DNA of 63,971 nt, counting the filler, from Stramenopiles sp. TOSAG23-6 (taxonomy: Eukaryota), in assembly GCA_900128565.1 (NCBI GenBank). It is 3 parts of 3 records of this genome, joined end to end, with 100 filler letters (N's around TTAATTAATTAA, not from the genome) between each part and the next. Parts side by side here need not be neighbours in the genome. Positions count along the whole stretch, not along the records: positions 1 to 22,444 come from LT636014.1; 2 more parts are not named here. The stretch is one strand, 5' to 3'. The translations under genes and the position numbers were made by a program. This document shows positions 1 through 12,217 of this stretch, one piece after another. Each line of letters begins with the position of its first letter. Position 1 is the first letter of the stretch. The notes below the pieces were generated by a model. That model saw nothing but the letters and a program-made list of their open reading frames with translations, was not told where the DNA came from and searched no databases.

Positions 1-55
1 TGTCGTTGGTACGAATCCCATTGTACCCATGTATGATAAATAGCATTTTTTGTAG
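1..55. repeat. Inverted copy of 3996-4050 (probable fold-back chimera arm)
   Basis: 1-55 is the exact reverse complement of 3996-4050; the match stops at 56/3995. Confidence 0.85.
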
Positions 56-2369
56 CTGTAGCACTGTTGGTTTGAAGTGCTGCAGGTTCAACGTAATTCG
101 GGAAACGTCGTTCCATTTCTTTTTTGTGTTGGTGATCTGGTACGATTGTATTGACTTGTAATTCCTCTCCAAGTTTGGTAAGATTTTCTATCAACATGTC
201 CAATGACATATCACTCAGTGGGATTTTTACATTGCGAGCATTTTCGAAATAAAAGGCGTCATCTTGGATAGCAAGAACTGGAATAGTCCAATGTTCATTG
301 AGCGATCGCAGTAGATAAGTACATAAGTTTTCTTGTGTTTCCTCGGGAAATATTCTAATGCTGGTGGGCAATCGGATGGGGTGGCCATTGATGGATTTTC
401 GAGTGGGGCAACTTGTGCCTTTTGCTGCTCTTGTTTTGTCCGGCAGATTTAAGAAAGGATCCACACTTACAAATATTCGAAGGCGCATAGCAATTATGGC
501 GATTAATTGATAATCTGTAAACTCTTTATCTGCTGGCGGTGGCGTATTTGTTTGAAAAATTTCGCGAGGTATATCTTTGGTGATTTTATCGTCAAAAGGT
601 AATGTTCTGGTGTTTTGGGCTTCCTTTATAGCTAGTGATTCGCGATGATTTGGGCGCTTTGGTGAGTATGGGGTCATGGGTAGTTGTCCATTCAATGTTT
701 TTCGACGGTTTTGTGGAGAGTCTAGAAATAATACTTTCTTTGTTCCTTTCTTGGTGGCGATGCCATTGCTTTCGTTTTGTAGCTCTTCAAGAAGTGGATC
801 GTCGCTTTCCTCTTCATCTAGTGTTTCTAGATAAAGTTCATCACGGTTGGGTGATTGGCGTTGATCAGTATTAGTTTTGCCTGATCCGGCTGTAAGCAAG
901 AAATATTCAAGTTGTTTGTGAATATGATCGACGAACTCGGCTGACTTTGTGTCTCCATTAGCTACATATAGTCGCTTTAGAGCACATTTATATAAATATC
1001 CTTGGTGCTTGGCTAATGCGAGCTCATACTCTTTGAGAAGTTTTATAAAACGTTGCAAGTGGGCAGCTAGGCATACATTTTTGCCTTGCTTTATATTTTT
1101 AAGATTCTTAATGGAAGTATCATAGGTGGACGTTGATGTTTGACCCGCCCATTCCAGGAAATTTTTGAAGATGATATGAAGTGGCAAATTTGCTGGAAGT
1201 TTGCTGCCCGTGGTTTTTGTTCCAGTATTTTCGTTTAGGTGGTCCCATAGTGGTTTGGTCATATTTTTCTTTAAGACATTGCGCAGGTCGGTGTGCAATT
1301 GGCCCAGTTTCTCAGCTTGTTCATTTGTTTTATCCTGAGTACGTTGGAGAGACTTGATTTGTTTTTCGTTTCTTTCAATTGAGAATTTTAGCTTTTCTTG
1401 GTTTGCAATTTTATCAATGAATGGTTTAAGAGAATTGACTTCAGTTTTGACGACATCTAAGGATGCATTGTCGAACATTTGCTTCATTCTCAACTCGGGA
1501 CCATTGATCATTGCGAGCAAAGGCGTTAGCTCTTTTAATTTGGTAAGTTCAAGTCGCGCTTTTGTTAAGAGATCTGCGTAAGGGATTTTTGATGAATTTA
1601 CCTTTTTGTTAAAAGATAGATACTTGGTATCCTTGAAGTATGCTGAATATGTTGCTTGGAATTTTGACATCCAGGTAGATGGTTTTGCCTTAAATGGTCG
1701 CGCTGGTTGTTTTTCGAGCCATTTTAACTTTTTAATAAGTTTAGCAAATTCAGATGGCGAGTGATTTTTTCTGAATGTTTTGAGGAAAGCTCGTCTTCTG
1801 ATGCAGGTGGTTATTGTGCGAGCGAAATACGATGCCATTATCATGTTTTCCAGGTACTGGATATTGGTCTCGCTCTCCGAGATTTTGGCTGGGTGATTGT
1901 CCAAAAGGTTTAATTTATGGCTGAGTTCGGTCAGCTTGAGCTCCAATTTTTGTTTTGTTGTAAATGCGTTTTGATATTGGGAGATTATGTGTTTGGGTTC
2001 TCCAACTTCTTCGACTGAATCTTCGCGATTTTTTGAGTCTTTTTCAACTTCTTGCTCTAATTCTAAGATTTTGTTTTTGATCTTTTGTAGAGTATCTTGT
2101 ACGGCCCAGGCGTCCCCAGAATGTAGTACATCTTGTGCGTCAATTTGATTCAATGGAAGTTGCGTTTTATCAATTTCCGATATGACAATTTGAGTGAAAT
2201 CATTTTTGAATTCATCCGCCTCGTTTTGGGAGGTCATGCCCAGGGTGGTGAGCTGCGAGGCGTTTTGTTTTCGTTTCTTCTGGCCAGTTTTGGTGGCCGG
2301 AGATGTGGAGCATGCTTGTATCTTATTATTATTGCTCTTTCGTCTGCCACGACGGTATCTTTGTGGCAT
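56..2369 (-). CDS. Long intronless ORF (>770 aa), coiled-coil with weak retrotransposon Gag-like segment; 3' end cut by a fold-back junction at 55/56
   Basis: Manual translation from ATG 2369 (MPQRYRRGRRKSNNNKIQ...) has no stop before the window edge, so it is absent from the ORF track. Segment KNLKNIKQGKNVCLAAHLQRFIKLLKEY resembles the Gag L..l.Qg....y..rF..L pattern. Confidence 0.6.
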
Positions 2370-2785
2370 TGTTAGATATCTTGTCGGTTGGAGCACGACT
2401 GTTAATCTGTCTTACGAGTAATTCTGGTATCGGGGAATTCTACGTATTTCGTGCGTCGTCGTAGGCACAGGTATGGGCAATGACGTACGAAGAAGGTTGT
2501 ATTATATTTAATAAATGATATGTACTAAATATAATTACGTAAAGGCTTGTTTATTCAGGTGGTGAATAATTAACTTAGGATAGGTGTTAATGTATTATAT
2601 ATAATAAGTAATAAGTAGAAGTGTGTATAAAAGCGATAGATGCTTGAACACAAATATTGACTGCTCTAACCGATCATAAAAATCACTTCGTTCATATTTC
2701 AGGTTTGTGCCGTTATAAATCGAGTTCTGCACAACATCGTGCGACTCGTTGTGACACGCGCGCAAAAATAGCGCATTTTAAAAGA

Positions 2786-2796
2786 TACCCGGTAAC
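2786..2796 (+). promoter_or_regulatory. Recurrent intergenic motif TACCCGGTAAC
   Basis: Exact copies at 2786, 38778 and 46668; one-mismatch copy at 39218; all intergenic. Confidence 0.4.
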
Positions 2797-2970
2797 GACA
2801 GTTTCGTCCGTTTTGGCCATTTCCCTTGGTTTGGTATCTTTTTATTAACACAAGACTGAACAACGTGCGAAATTATCCTGTTTCCATTGCGGGGAGTTTT
2901 GTCTCGTTTGAAGACACTCATCGTTTTCGGTTAGACTATAGTTGTTACAAGTAAATATATCAAAGTTTTT

Positions 2971-5829
2971 ATGGTGTGGGGTAGAAAAAAAGGAGGCGCC
3001 AGGCCAATGGAAGATGAGAAGTTACCATCTTCTACGACAGCAATAGTGGAAAGTAGTATTCCAGTAACGACGAAACATATGCCATCATTGATAGAGGAAG
3101 CCAAAACATCTAAAGCATCTCGAAAGAAGCGTTCGAAAAAAAAATCGAAAAAAGGAAGAGACCATCGACGTATTGTATCGTCTTCTACACGGAGTAAACC
3201 ATCAGATGTTGAAACTGGAAAAAATGATGGCAAAGATGGCAAAGTTGGGAAGCCACTAGGCTTAACTCTTGAAATGAATCTTATACCAAATGATTCCGCA
3301 TCGGATTCAGAGGCTCGTGGTGATAGTGGCAGTGATACAACTAATTCAGATTCGAGTGATTCGGAAATTTCAGAAGGGGGTATCGTCAACCGACAGACTG
3401 ATATTAGAGTGTCTCCTACTTGTATGTTTTCATTTGAATTTCAAATTTATTTTTTCATACGAAATTCTGTACCTAACAAATTTAAAAAAAAATTGAAATA
3501 TGTTTTACAATACATCTGCATTGCGACAAATGTCTCAACTAGAACAATTACATGAGCAAGGGGTACTAACAGTGAAGCAGTATACAGAAGCTCGAGATGA
3601 TCTTCTTGCTAAACAAGCGGGGATAAATATTGCAATAAATCACCGAAATCATCGCAAGCCACCCACTGAACCAAAACCATTGACACCAAAACCCACTGTG
3701 AAGGAACTAAATCTTCAAAGACTCTCTCCAAAGCATCGAACTGGATTAGAAGACGAGGATGTAAACGAAGATAGTTTTGACCAAGAACGAGAACAAAAAA
3801 GTATTACTCTAATACCAAGTGTACAGAAAGCAGCGATGCGTTGGAAAACACGGACGTCTATTGCACCGGGCACTAGTAATATTCTAGGCATGTACGTTTC
3901 TTTACCTAAACATATTTTAACATATTTTAACATATTTTTACCTAAATTTCGAAACTGTATTTCATAAAAAAAAATGTACCTAACGAATTGTTTTACTACA
4001 AAAAATGCTATTTATCATACATGGGTACAATGGGATTCGTACCAACGACATTATCACCAATAGCTGGTTCACCATCACATAATGCCGGGGATAATGGAAA
4101 TTTCTTTGGAGTAGCTATGCAAATGCAGATGCAACAGGCTGCATTACAACAGGCAGCCATTAAACACGCCGCGATGCAACAGGCAGCGATGCAACAGGCA
4201 GCAATACAGCAACAGATTATGCAAAATAGTATGGTGATGCAACAAATGCCTCACATGCAACAAATGCCTCACATGCAACAAATGCCTCATATGCACAATT
4301 ATCACCAGCTCCAACAACAGCAGTTTCAACACCAGTTAATGGAAAATAATCCTGGAGGTCTAGAAATGCCACAAAATATGTATCATAGTAGTCAATACAA
4401 CTCTATCCCTAGTGGCAGGAGTTATAGTTCATATCAGCATCCCAACGGAAGTAGTACCAATAGAAGTGCAGGCTATGATAATGGTTTTGATTCATCGGCG
4501 TCTGGGCGGAGTAATAGTAATAGAGGCAGTGTATTTCAACCGTATAACGCACCACCTAGTTTTAGATCAAGTAATGGTAGTTATACCAATTCATATAATA
4601 CAAATATTCGGGATACAGAAAGTGTAGGTGGCACAACTAGAGATAGAAGGCATAGTGGTAGAAGAAGTAACAATAGATCGAGAGCATCTCGTGGTTCATT
4701 TTCATCAACTGGATCTATGCCTAATAGAAGATCTGGAGGTGTAGGTAGCGATCGTCATCAGTCTGGAAGTGCTCGCTTATTACCCAAGCATATTCAAGTT
4801 AGATTCTGTGAATCTTTGCGATCTTTTTACATTAGATATGACCCAGAGGTATTGCAAGAGCCGGGTAGATTACCAAGTATTCTACGTAGTTATAGAGGGC
4901 GAGAAATGTATTTAGTTGCTGATATTGAACGACAGTTTGGATCTAGTCCAGAATCAAGAGCAATAGCGGCTGCTTTACAGACAAATAGAGGACCTCGATC
5001 AGTAAGTAGGGGTGTTGGATGGATAGGTAATAGTTCAAGTAATTCCTCAAGTGCTGCTGCAACAGCAGCGAGTGCGTCCGCAAGGCGTCTAAAATCGCCA
5101 AGAGCCCAAGGATTGTTTGACAACTTAAAAAATGGCCCATCAGGAGCAAAAACAAGTCGACCTAATACTCGTGTATCAAAGCGAGAGGATGATCAAGGTT
5201 CGATGTCAGAAAGATCAAAATCGAAAGATAGATATCCAGTATTACTTAGTCCATTGCCAAAGACCAAAACAAATGCACCTTTAAGTAGAACATTGAGTGA
5301 ATCTTCGATTAGTTCATCGGAATTATCTTCTAGCACAAAGCCAATAAGTTTTGCACTTCAAGAAGCTGCAGCGAATATCAATGATGACTTTCCTGAACTT
5401 GTTAACATAAATTCTAGTGAAGTTACAAGTGATGGATCTCCTACTAATCAACGACCAAGATTAAATCCACTTTCAGCAGGCGAAGCATCAACAATCTCTA
5501 ATCCAGATAGAATACACGACGTTGATGTTGGAAAATTTTATAAGAAGAAAAAAAAGAAAAAGAAAAAATCACCAAAAGGGCATAAAAAAAACAAACTGAA
5601 TACCCCCAAAAAGCAAAGACTTGAACGAGAAGCTGCTCTGAGATTACTAAAAAAAAATACAATAAATGTGAGACCAAAAGTTGCAGCTCCAAGACGAGCC
5701 CCCCCTTCGGGACCCCCACCAAAACCTTCAGGGCCTCCAGTGATAAGGTCGGCAATACATTCATCTAGGTCAAGATCTTCAAGGAGTGACTTAAGTGGGC
5801 GGAGAAATGCAGTAGATAATGAATATTAA
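2971..5829 (+). CDS. Low-complexity Q/S/K-rich protein, 3 exons (2971-3421, 3516-3891, 4023-5829)
   Basis: Three ORFs join in frame (...SPT-SALRQ..., ...NILG-MGTMG...) when introns 3422-3515 and 3892-4022 are removed. Confidence 0.75.
3422..3515 (+). other. Non-canonical intron GT...AT (94 nt)
   Basis: TT|GTATGT...GTACCTAAC...AATACAT|CT; restores frame. Confidence 0.8.
3892..4022 (+). other. Non-canonical intron GT...AT (131 nt, internal CATATTTTAA repeats)
   Basis: AT|GTACGT...GTACCTAAC...CATACAT|G; restores frame. Confidence 0.75.
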
Positions 5830-6219
5830 AAAATATTTAACAAATAAAATTTAATTTTGGTGAAAATTTTATGAATTAATATATTTTTAGGGGTATGGGC
5901 AATGAATACGAAGATATAGATAAAATTTCATTTCTAGATTTATTTTCATTGTGTATTGGATCAAACAAACACCAAAAGAAGAATCACTAGTAAATATTCG
6001 AATTATTTGTGATGTCTACGTATTCCGGTCTACAGCCGTTTTTTTGACCGTTAAAAGTTATCAGATACTAGGTGTAGTATCCTATACACGATACCCAAGC
6101 ATATAATACATAGCTGTGCCTAAATATGAACTAGGAAATATTCTTACTATGATTATCCTTCAAAGAGTATATATGTTTTCATGTAGATATACTAAATAGA
6201 AAAATGCTATAACACCGCA

Positions 6220-8358
6220 ATGCTACGAGATAAAACAGATGTAGCGCACTGGCGCCATCGGCGATTTGCTCTAGGAAGTGAGTGGCGTGATGGAAGTCTA
6301 GTGAGAAAAGTTGATTCTGTGTATATTACCAACAAATTTGGTTTAATGGTATCCCAGAGGAATTCAGTTAAATCACGTGAAAAAACAGGTCGTAAAAGGC
6401 AATATAGTGTACAAAGCCATTTACTCAAAGATTGTTCAAGAAGTCAAACAGAACAAAATCGTTCAACCAAACTACAGACCACACAGGAATCAAACACAAA
6501 GAAAGGTGCAGAATCCCTTCAAAAGAAGAACAAGAAAATCGCATGTATTTTCCCTTTGAATAAAAAGTTCAGTACACCGCCATCAATTCCAGAAACACTT
6601 GGCATTGCACTTCCTGGACAGTGGGGTTCGGTACACGTCAAGCCTTCATCAACCACTTCTATACTAGATAGTCCAGTAGAACTCAAAAAAATAAAGGAAT
6701 TGTCACCGAGGCATTGCAAATCTTCTAGAAAAGAAGTGAATAGCTTTGGAGTTGTTGCGAATTGTGATGAAAATGAGGGTGTGGAATTCCAAAATAGAAT
6801 AAAAGAATTAAAAATAAAAAAATATCAAATACTAGATGAACGGGTACATTTCGAACAAAGTCTAAATAAGGTTAATATTACACTTGCTGATTTTCAAAAG
6901 CGGATAGACGATTGTAAAAACAAAATAGAAAAGGAAAAGCTACAGCTGATAAATATGAAACACAATATAAAGGAAACAGAAAAAGGTATTTGCGCCACCA
7001 AGGAAGAAAATATCACTTATAAAGAAGATATAGAGACTTTATCTAAAGATGAACAAGCTATTGTTATTGACCGAGGTGTGGCATCCGCTACCTTGTACCT
7101 TGAAGATTTAAAGCAATCGGTTGTTGACATGGAAGAAAAGATAAAAATACATCAACGTACGATCAAAGATTTACACAACGCACATCATGAAGAACATAAA
7201 GCAAAGAAAAAGATGGATAAAAAAATTAGACGTTCAAAATCTGCAGAAAATAAAATAATCAAAAAGTTACAGGAATTAAATGATTTAGCAGAAACCCATG
7301 CTATTGCAGTGGCGTCTGCTTTAGAGTCACGTCGACTCAAAGAAAGAAAAAAAGAAAAGGAAGCAAAACAAACTGAAGTGGAGGCTAGAAGAATTGAAGA
7401 GCAGAACAAAGAAAGGAAAAGAAGAGAAAATTTAGGATTGAAGTACACACCATCGAAATCATCTTTAGGTCTAAAAGTAATCCTAAATAAGCAAAATAGT
7501 ACAAAACAAAATACAAAGACATTGCATGGGGTACAGTGTATACCTTGTGGGAAGAAATTTATTCTTCAACGTGATTATGAAGCACATTGCAAAAGTGGTA
7601 AGCACCTTCGCATAATGCATCGACACAATAAAAAACAGATGCAACGGATGCAAGATGATTTTGGCATTGATGTTGGAGCATTACTAAATTATCAAGCCAT
7701 GGAAAATAAAGTAAACCATCCTGTGGAAAAGAAGCGAACTCTCCCACCACTAACTAGAGAGAGACTTTTAGAACAATGGCTTGGACGAGGTTGCCATCGT
7801 AATACAATTAATAGAAAAACACGACAACAGGGTCAAAATATTGGAATAGATAATTCACATCTCCAACAAAACTTGAAAGGGTTTCGCACACTATATGAGA
7901 AGTACGAAAATATAACACAGTGTAAAGCAAGGAAAAAGGAAAAACAGAATCAAATACGCCGAATTAAAAAACACCGACAATCTGGAGGTCGTCGTACATT
8001 AGACAAGAAAAAACCATACCTTCCAAAACTTTGCTTGTATACAGCCAAATTATATAGCAGCGCAGATGCAAGCCATTTCGATGTGAAGCAAAAAAGAGAC
8101 ATTTTGCCTCCTTTTCAGAGAAATATTCGCGATCTACCAATAAATCATAAGCGAAAGTTGGAACTTCTTTTACCAACACGAAATCTTCATATTAAAGAGC
8201 GTGCATTACTTTGTCACTTGGCAGAAACAGAAGCTATACCAGATGTACCAAAGTGGAAAGCAAATGACAATGAAGTTCTGCGAGGTATTACAGATGCATC
8301 AGCTGTAATGCATGATCTCTATAAAACAGCTTGTGTTAGAGCAATTGAAAATAACTAA
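6220..8358 (+). CDS. Coiled-coil protein with U1/matrin-like C2H2 zinc finger
   Basis: 712-aa ORF, long K/E-rich heptads, CIPCGKKF...YEAHCKSGKH motif. Confidence 0.75.
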   Translation: MLRDKTDVAHWRHRRFALGSEWRDGSLVRKVDSVYITNKFGLMVSQRNSVKSREKTGRKRQYSVQSHLLKDCSRSQTEQNRSTKLQTTQESNTKKGAESLQKKNKKIACIFPLNKKFSTPPSIPETLGIALPGQWGSVHVKPSSTTSILDSPVELKKIKELSPRHCKSSRKEVNSFGVVANCDENEGVEFQNRIKELKIKKYQILDERVHFEQSLNKVNITLADFQKRIDDCKNKIEKEKLQLINMKHNIKETEKGICATKEENITYKEDIETLSKDEQAIVIDRGVASATLYLEDLKQSVVDMEEKIKIHQRTIKDLHNAHHEEHKAKKKMDKKIRRSKSAENKIIKKLQELNDLAETHAIAVASALESRRLKERKKEKEAKQTEVEARRIEEQNKERKRRENLGLKYTPSKSSLGLKVILNKQNSTKQNTKTLHGVQCIPCGKKFILQRDYEAHCKSGKHLRIMHRHNKKQMQRMQDDFGIDVGALLNYQAMENKVNHPVEKKRTLPPLTRERLLEQWLGRGCHRNTINRKTRQQGQNIGIDNSHLQQNLKGFRTLYEKYENITQCKARKKEKQNQIRRIKKHRQSGGRRTLDKKKPYLPKLCLYTAKLYSSADASHFDVKQKRDILPPFQRNIRDLPINHKRKLELLLPTRNLHIKERALLCHLAETEAIPDVPKWKANDNEVLRGITDASAVMHDLYKTACVRAIENN

Positions 8359-8612
8359 TAATATGTTAATATTTTCAACTGAAAAACAACACGTGGAATA
8401 TAGAGTTGAAAATGATAAAAAGTATCACTTTTATTTTTTTAAGATTATGGGACTATTTTTTGAGTAAAACATAGCTTCTGTGATATTGTATACAATGTCT
8501 TCAATTATAGAAGAAATTGGTCAAAATATTTTTCAAGAAAGGCTACAGTTTTTTTGGACTTGCTGTGAAATTTAATGAATCTTTACCAAAGGACGACGAT
8601 AAAAATTGTGAG

Positions 8613-9275
8613 TTAGGAACAACACTTTTGCGATATACCCAATCGGTTTTGTGCAAAGTTAATTTTACTGGTAGATGAAGTGTTCCGTGCATTGCCAACA
8701 GAAGTATCTTTTTGGGCTTGATCGTAGGTCTTCATAATGAGTTTCTTGAAGGCTTTATCAATATTTTCTCCAGTCATGGCAGAAGTTCGCATACTCATCA
8801 GACCCTCTTTGCGACAAAAATCTTCGTGCTCTTCACGAGACACACAACTCGACGAATCATTTGCATTCTGTAATAAATCAATCTTATTACCTACAAGCAT
8901 TATGCAATTTTGTACACCACTTTCTTCATCTGCAGAATCGCGAAGCTCTTTCAACCACGTAACTTTTGCATCCTCAAAGGATTTTACACTAGTGACATCA
9001 TACACAACTAAGGCACCAGCGGCACGCCTATAATGCGCACTAGTAATTGCACGGTATCGCTCTTGGCCAGCAGTATCCCAAATTTGTGCTTTAATACTCT
9101 GTCCACTCGGTGTCTCAACCACCTTGGTCCCAAATTCCACACCAATTGTAGGCTTGGACGCACTAGGTTCATATGGACCAGTTGAAGGGCGCGTATAATA
9201 TCCCAACATTTGAGTTTTACCTACACCTGCATTACCTATCAGTACAACTTTGTACACATCAGCATTAGAAGCCAT
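8613..9275 (-). CDS. Rab GTPase, Rab11-like
   Basis: GNAGVGKT, TIGVEF, IWDTAGQERYRAITSAHYRRAAGA, GNKID, C-terminal CCS prenylation site. Confidence 0.93.
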   Translation of the reverse strand: MASNADVYKVVLIGNAGVGKTQMLGYYTRPSTGPYEPSASKPTIGVEFGTKVVETPSGQSIKAQIWDTAGQERYRAITSAHYRRAAGALVVYDVTSVKSFEDAKVTWLKELRDSADEESGVQNCIMLVGNKIDLLQNANDSSSCVSREEHEDFCRKEGLMSMRTSAMTGENIDKAFKKLIMKTYDQAQKDTSVGNARNTSSTSKINFAQNRLGISQKCCS

Positions 9276-9746
9276 TTGCAGATGAAATCTATCCTATTGT
9301 TGTATAAAACCGGAAAGACAATTTGAAATTCAAAAGGAGTTTGTTTTCGAGAGAGGGAGATGCTCTCGAGATAGATGCTCCTAAAAAAAACGAAGATTGC
9401 GGAAACCCTAACCCTAATCGTAACGGATTTTTTATGATATTTCTTCTTTGTGTCAAAGGACGTTTAACTTTTATAAAACAATTCTGTCTATCTGTTGTCG
9501 GTATATCCTTGGCATGCCACAGACTGGTACATTGCGTGGTTGAATCAGTTGTAGAAATAAACAAAAGGCTCATAAATAGAATGATACGCTTATGGGGGAA
9601 ACCGTGGCAGTTTCTCGCTAGAATTCCATTATCTACACAAGGTGTTTGATCTCCTTGTAGCATATTTCAAAGACTACTACGGAGGTGAACACTTTATATA
9701 GTAAGTATTGGAAATACTACAAAGGAACGAGATTTGCTGTAAAAAC

Positions 9747-10617
9747 ATGCTTCTGATGTTGTATACAATACTAGTCGTGGTAGTTTGTATTTTGTTTTTA
9801 CTTTTACCTTCTTGGAGTATTTTACAATTTGTTCTTTTCCTAAGTTTTGTTTTGGGTGTTTTGTATGTTACACCAACGACATCCTTGTTTACGCAGCTGC
9901 GTTCCTCTCAAAACCGTGCCATATGTAAAAAGAATAGTGTAGAGCTCAATTTGAATAATAGCAATATTATCTCTTTTAACGGAAAACAATGGGTCAAAAT
10001 TGGACACACTGATATTTTTGACAAGAAAACTTCCATATTAATATCGAAACAAAATAATTTTCTGTGGTCTTCCCTTCAACTTCCACCAGTAGCTTTATTT
10101 CGGTTTGGTAGGGATTCTCCTATATATGCAATACAAGATGAATGCCCCCACGTTGCAATTGGTTCGTTGGCAGAAGGAGAAGCTGCCTCTCTCGAAGATA
10201 TTGAAGACTTTTCTGATGCGACGTGTAATGCAGCTGTTTCGTGCCCGATACATAGCTTTACTTTTGATCTTTCCACGGGTCAGTGCATTTCTAGAGATTC
10301 GTGTACTTTTTTTTTTTTTATCATTTTCAAATTCATTTTTTTTTAGTAAATAATCTTATCATTATAACATAGCTAACGATTTTCAAATTAGATGTATTTT
10401 CTTACTTATATGTGATGATGCTACTATTTATGAAACAATAATAAGTGAAGAGTTGTTTCCTTCTACTTGTGTGAAAAATAATGAAACGGGTTATATATGG
10501 CTATGCACGAAACCTAAAAAAAGACGTGATGATGAAAAGTTTCTTATTTCGAATGTTGAAGGCGACAAAGTTCAGATGCACTTGGTGAAATTAGCTCTAC
10601 AGAGAAAATATGGTTAG
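9747..10617 (+). CDS. Membrane-anchored Rieske [2Fe-2S] domain protein, 2 exons (9747-10302, 10412-10617)
   Basis: N-terminal hydrophobic segments; Rieske ligands DECPH...VSCPIHSFTFDLSTGQC; second exon CDDATIYETII...RKYG-stop is in frame after intron removal. Confidence 0.75.
10303..10411 (+). other. Divergent non-canonical intron GT...AT (109 nt)
   Basis: GT|GTACTT...TAGCTAAC...CTTATAT|GT; the internal AG at 10390-10391 gives a frameshift and early stop. Confidence 0.6.
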
Positions 10618-10769
10618 GAAGTACAAAGGTTGAAGGAGATCAATTTTGTTAGATACGAAATTATATACGAAAAAAGAATCTTCCATTGGTGAACAAAACG
10701 AATTAAATTACATAGGACAAACAATAATCAATTAATATTTANTATAATATAATANAATATAATAGTAAA

Positions 10770-11978
10770 CTAAGCCCAAAGCTGTTTTTCATCTGGTCGA
10801 ATATTTCTTGTTTTTTCTATTATGGCATATAAGTTATCACAAGCATCAGTGTCGTTAATATTTGATGTATTTGTATTTGTTCCATCAGTGTCGTTCATTT
10901 TTGTATTTGTTTCTTGACTTTTCTGATTAGGGTGATGGTCGCTATTCTTTGATATGCTATTCTTTTGTCTCATACTGCACAAATCATCCACATTTTGTTT
11001 TTGTATTTCATCAGTACGTTTCCCCCCTCTTCTTAATAAGACATTTTCAGTCGCTTTTTTTTCCGCACGCATTTGAGAATTTCTTAATATTTCAAAAAAT
11101 TTAACTTCCTGTTGAGTCAAATCTGGATGCCATATATCAAATATCAAATTGATACGACTCTCTGATGTATCATTCCATGCTTCATGTTCAAATGAATCAT
11201 CAAAAACTATAACTTTACCTTCAATAAAGTTTCTACTTTCTGAACCTACACGAATTCTGCACTTTCCCGCATTTTTAGGAATCACTAACGGAAAGTGAAT
11301 CCGTAGTTTCTTGTTTGTAGGTCCATTATGTTTTACAATATGAGTGTGTGGTGCCATAGCCGAGAAGAAAGCATGTCCATATGATCGACCAAAACTTTTA
11401 AGTAATTCTACAGTTTGTGGGCACCTCGAACGATTTGCCTCAAAATCAACGTTATGAAGGCAGAGATAAAAAACGTTCCACTCGCCAGCATCATGCGCAG
11501 GTGCCCCAACACAAGGATCCTCTTGTATTTTGGAATCTACTTGACTTGACCAAGTGGGGGAACGATATGGTTGAAAACCACTGGTCGTATGAGCACAAGT
11601 TGCTTTTAAAGCTAATAGTTCGCTTTTGATTATTGAAAAATTGGCTTCCAGTTGAGAAATCCAGGGAAGAGCAGCAAACAATGTATCACCTTCCCAAAAA
11701 GCGTGCGATCTTAACTTTGGTATTCGCTGAGGACACCCCATTTGCCATTGACTAAATCCTTGTGTGTGCGCTTTTGCACCAAGACCGGAAACCTGCTGCA
11801 AAACATATCCAAGAGCGCGAACATTATTTTTATCCCCAGCCATTTTGCGGATACGAAATAATGCTGCCTTTTTAGCAAAAGGAGATAGATGAAATTCATC
11901 CAGAAAAACTCCTATTTTATTCATTATTTCATTTTCCCTATCGCACGAAGAGGTGGAATTATCGGATGAAGAATTCAT
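10770..11978 (-). CDS. Aspartyl/asparaginyl beta-hydroxylase-like 2OG-Fe(II) dioxygenase
   Basis: HIVKHNGPTNKKLRIHFPL, FDDSFEHEAWND, RINLIFDIWHPD motifs. Confidence 0.88.
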   Translation of the reverse strand: MNSSSDNSTSSCDRENEIMNKIGVFLDEFHLSPFAKKAALFRIRKMAGDKNNVRALGYVLQQVSGLGAKAHTQGFSQWQMGCPQRIPKLRSHAFWEGDTLFAALPWISQLEANFSIIKSELLALKATCAHTTSGFQPYRSPTWSSQVDSKIQEDPCVGAPAHDAGEWNVFYLCLHNVDFEANRSRCPQTVELLKSFGRSYGHAFFSAMAPHTHIVKHNGPTNKKLRIHFPLVIPKNAGKCRIRVGSESRNFIEGKVIVFDDSFEHEAWNDTSESRINLIFDIWHPDLTQQEVKFFEILRNSQMRAEKKATENVLLRRGGKRTDEIQKQNVDDLCSMRQKNSISKNSDHHPNQKSQETNTKMNDTDGTNTNTSNINDTDACDNLYAIIEKTRNIRPDEKQLWA

Positions 11979-12077
11979 CTTCTTTTTCCTCAAGATGAAA
12001 TTTGGATTTTGATCTTAATTCTATCTCGAATCTCGAATTTAGATACATTTAGATATTTGAATTGAAGGCGTACTAGC

Positions 12078-12131
12078 TAGGGTTGGGGGTTAGGGTTGGG
12101 GGTTAGGGTTGGGGGTTAGGGTTGGGGGTTA
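12078..12131 (+). repeat. 4 x 13-nt telomere-variant repeat (TAGGGTTGGGGGT), G-quadruplex-prone
   Basis: Read directly; lies between divergent genes. Confidence 0.85.
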
Positions 12132-12217
12132 TGTTGTGTACAAAACGACTTCGAGGAACTGGACTGGATCTTCGAGATCTCTTTTGCTGCTAGTCTGTCT
12201 ACCACACGACAGCAACT

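Noticed and set aside
6064-6082. GTGTAGTATC match to the U2 snRNA branch-pairing region
   Set aside because: Only 10 nt within a local hairpin; flanking U2 stems and Sm site are not recognisable.
9289-9663. Overlapping 124-aa and 108-aa ORFs between Rab and the Rieske gene
   Set aside because: No recognisable motifs, non-ATG or weak starts; likely a divergent promoter region.
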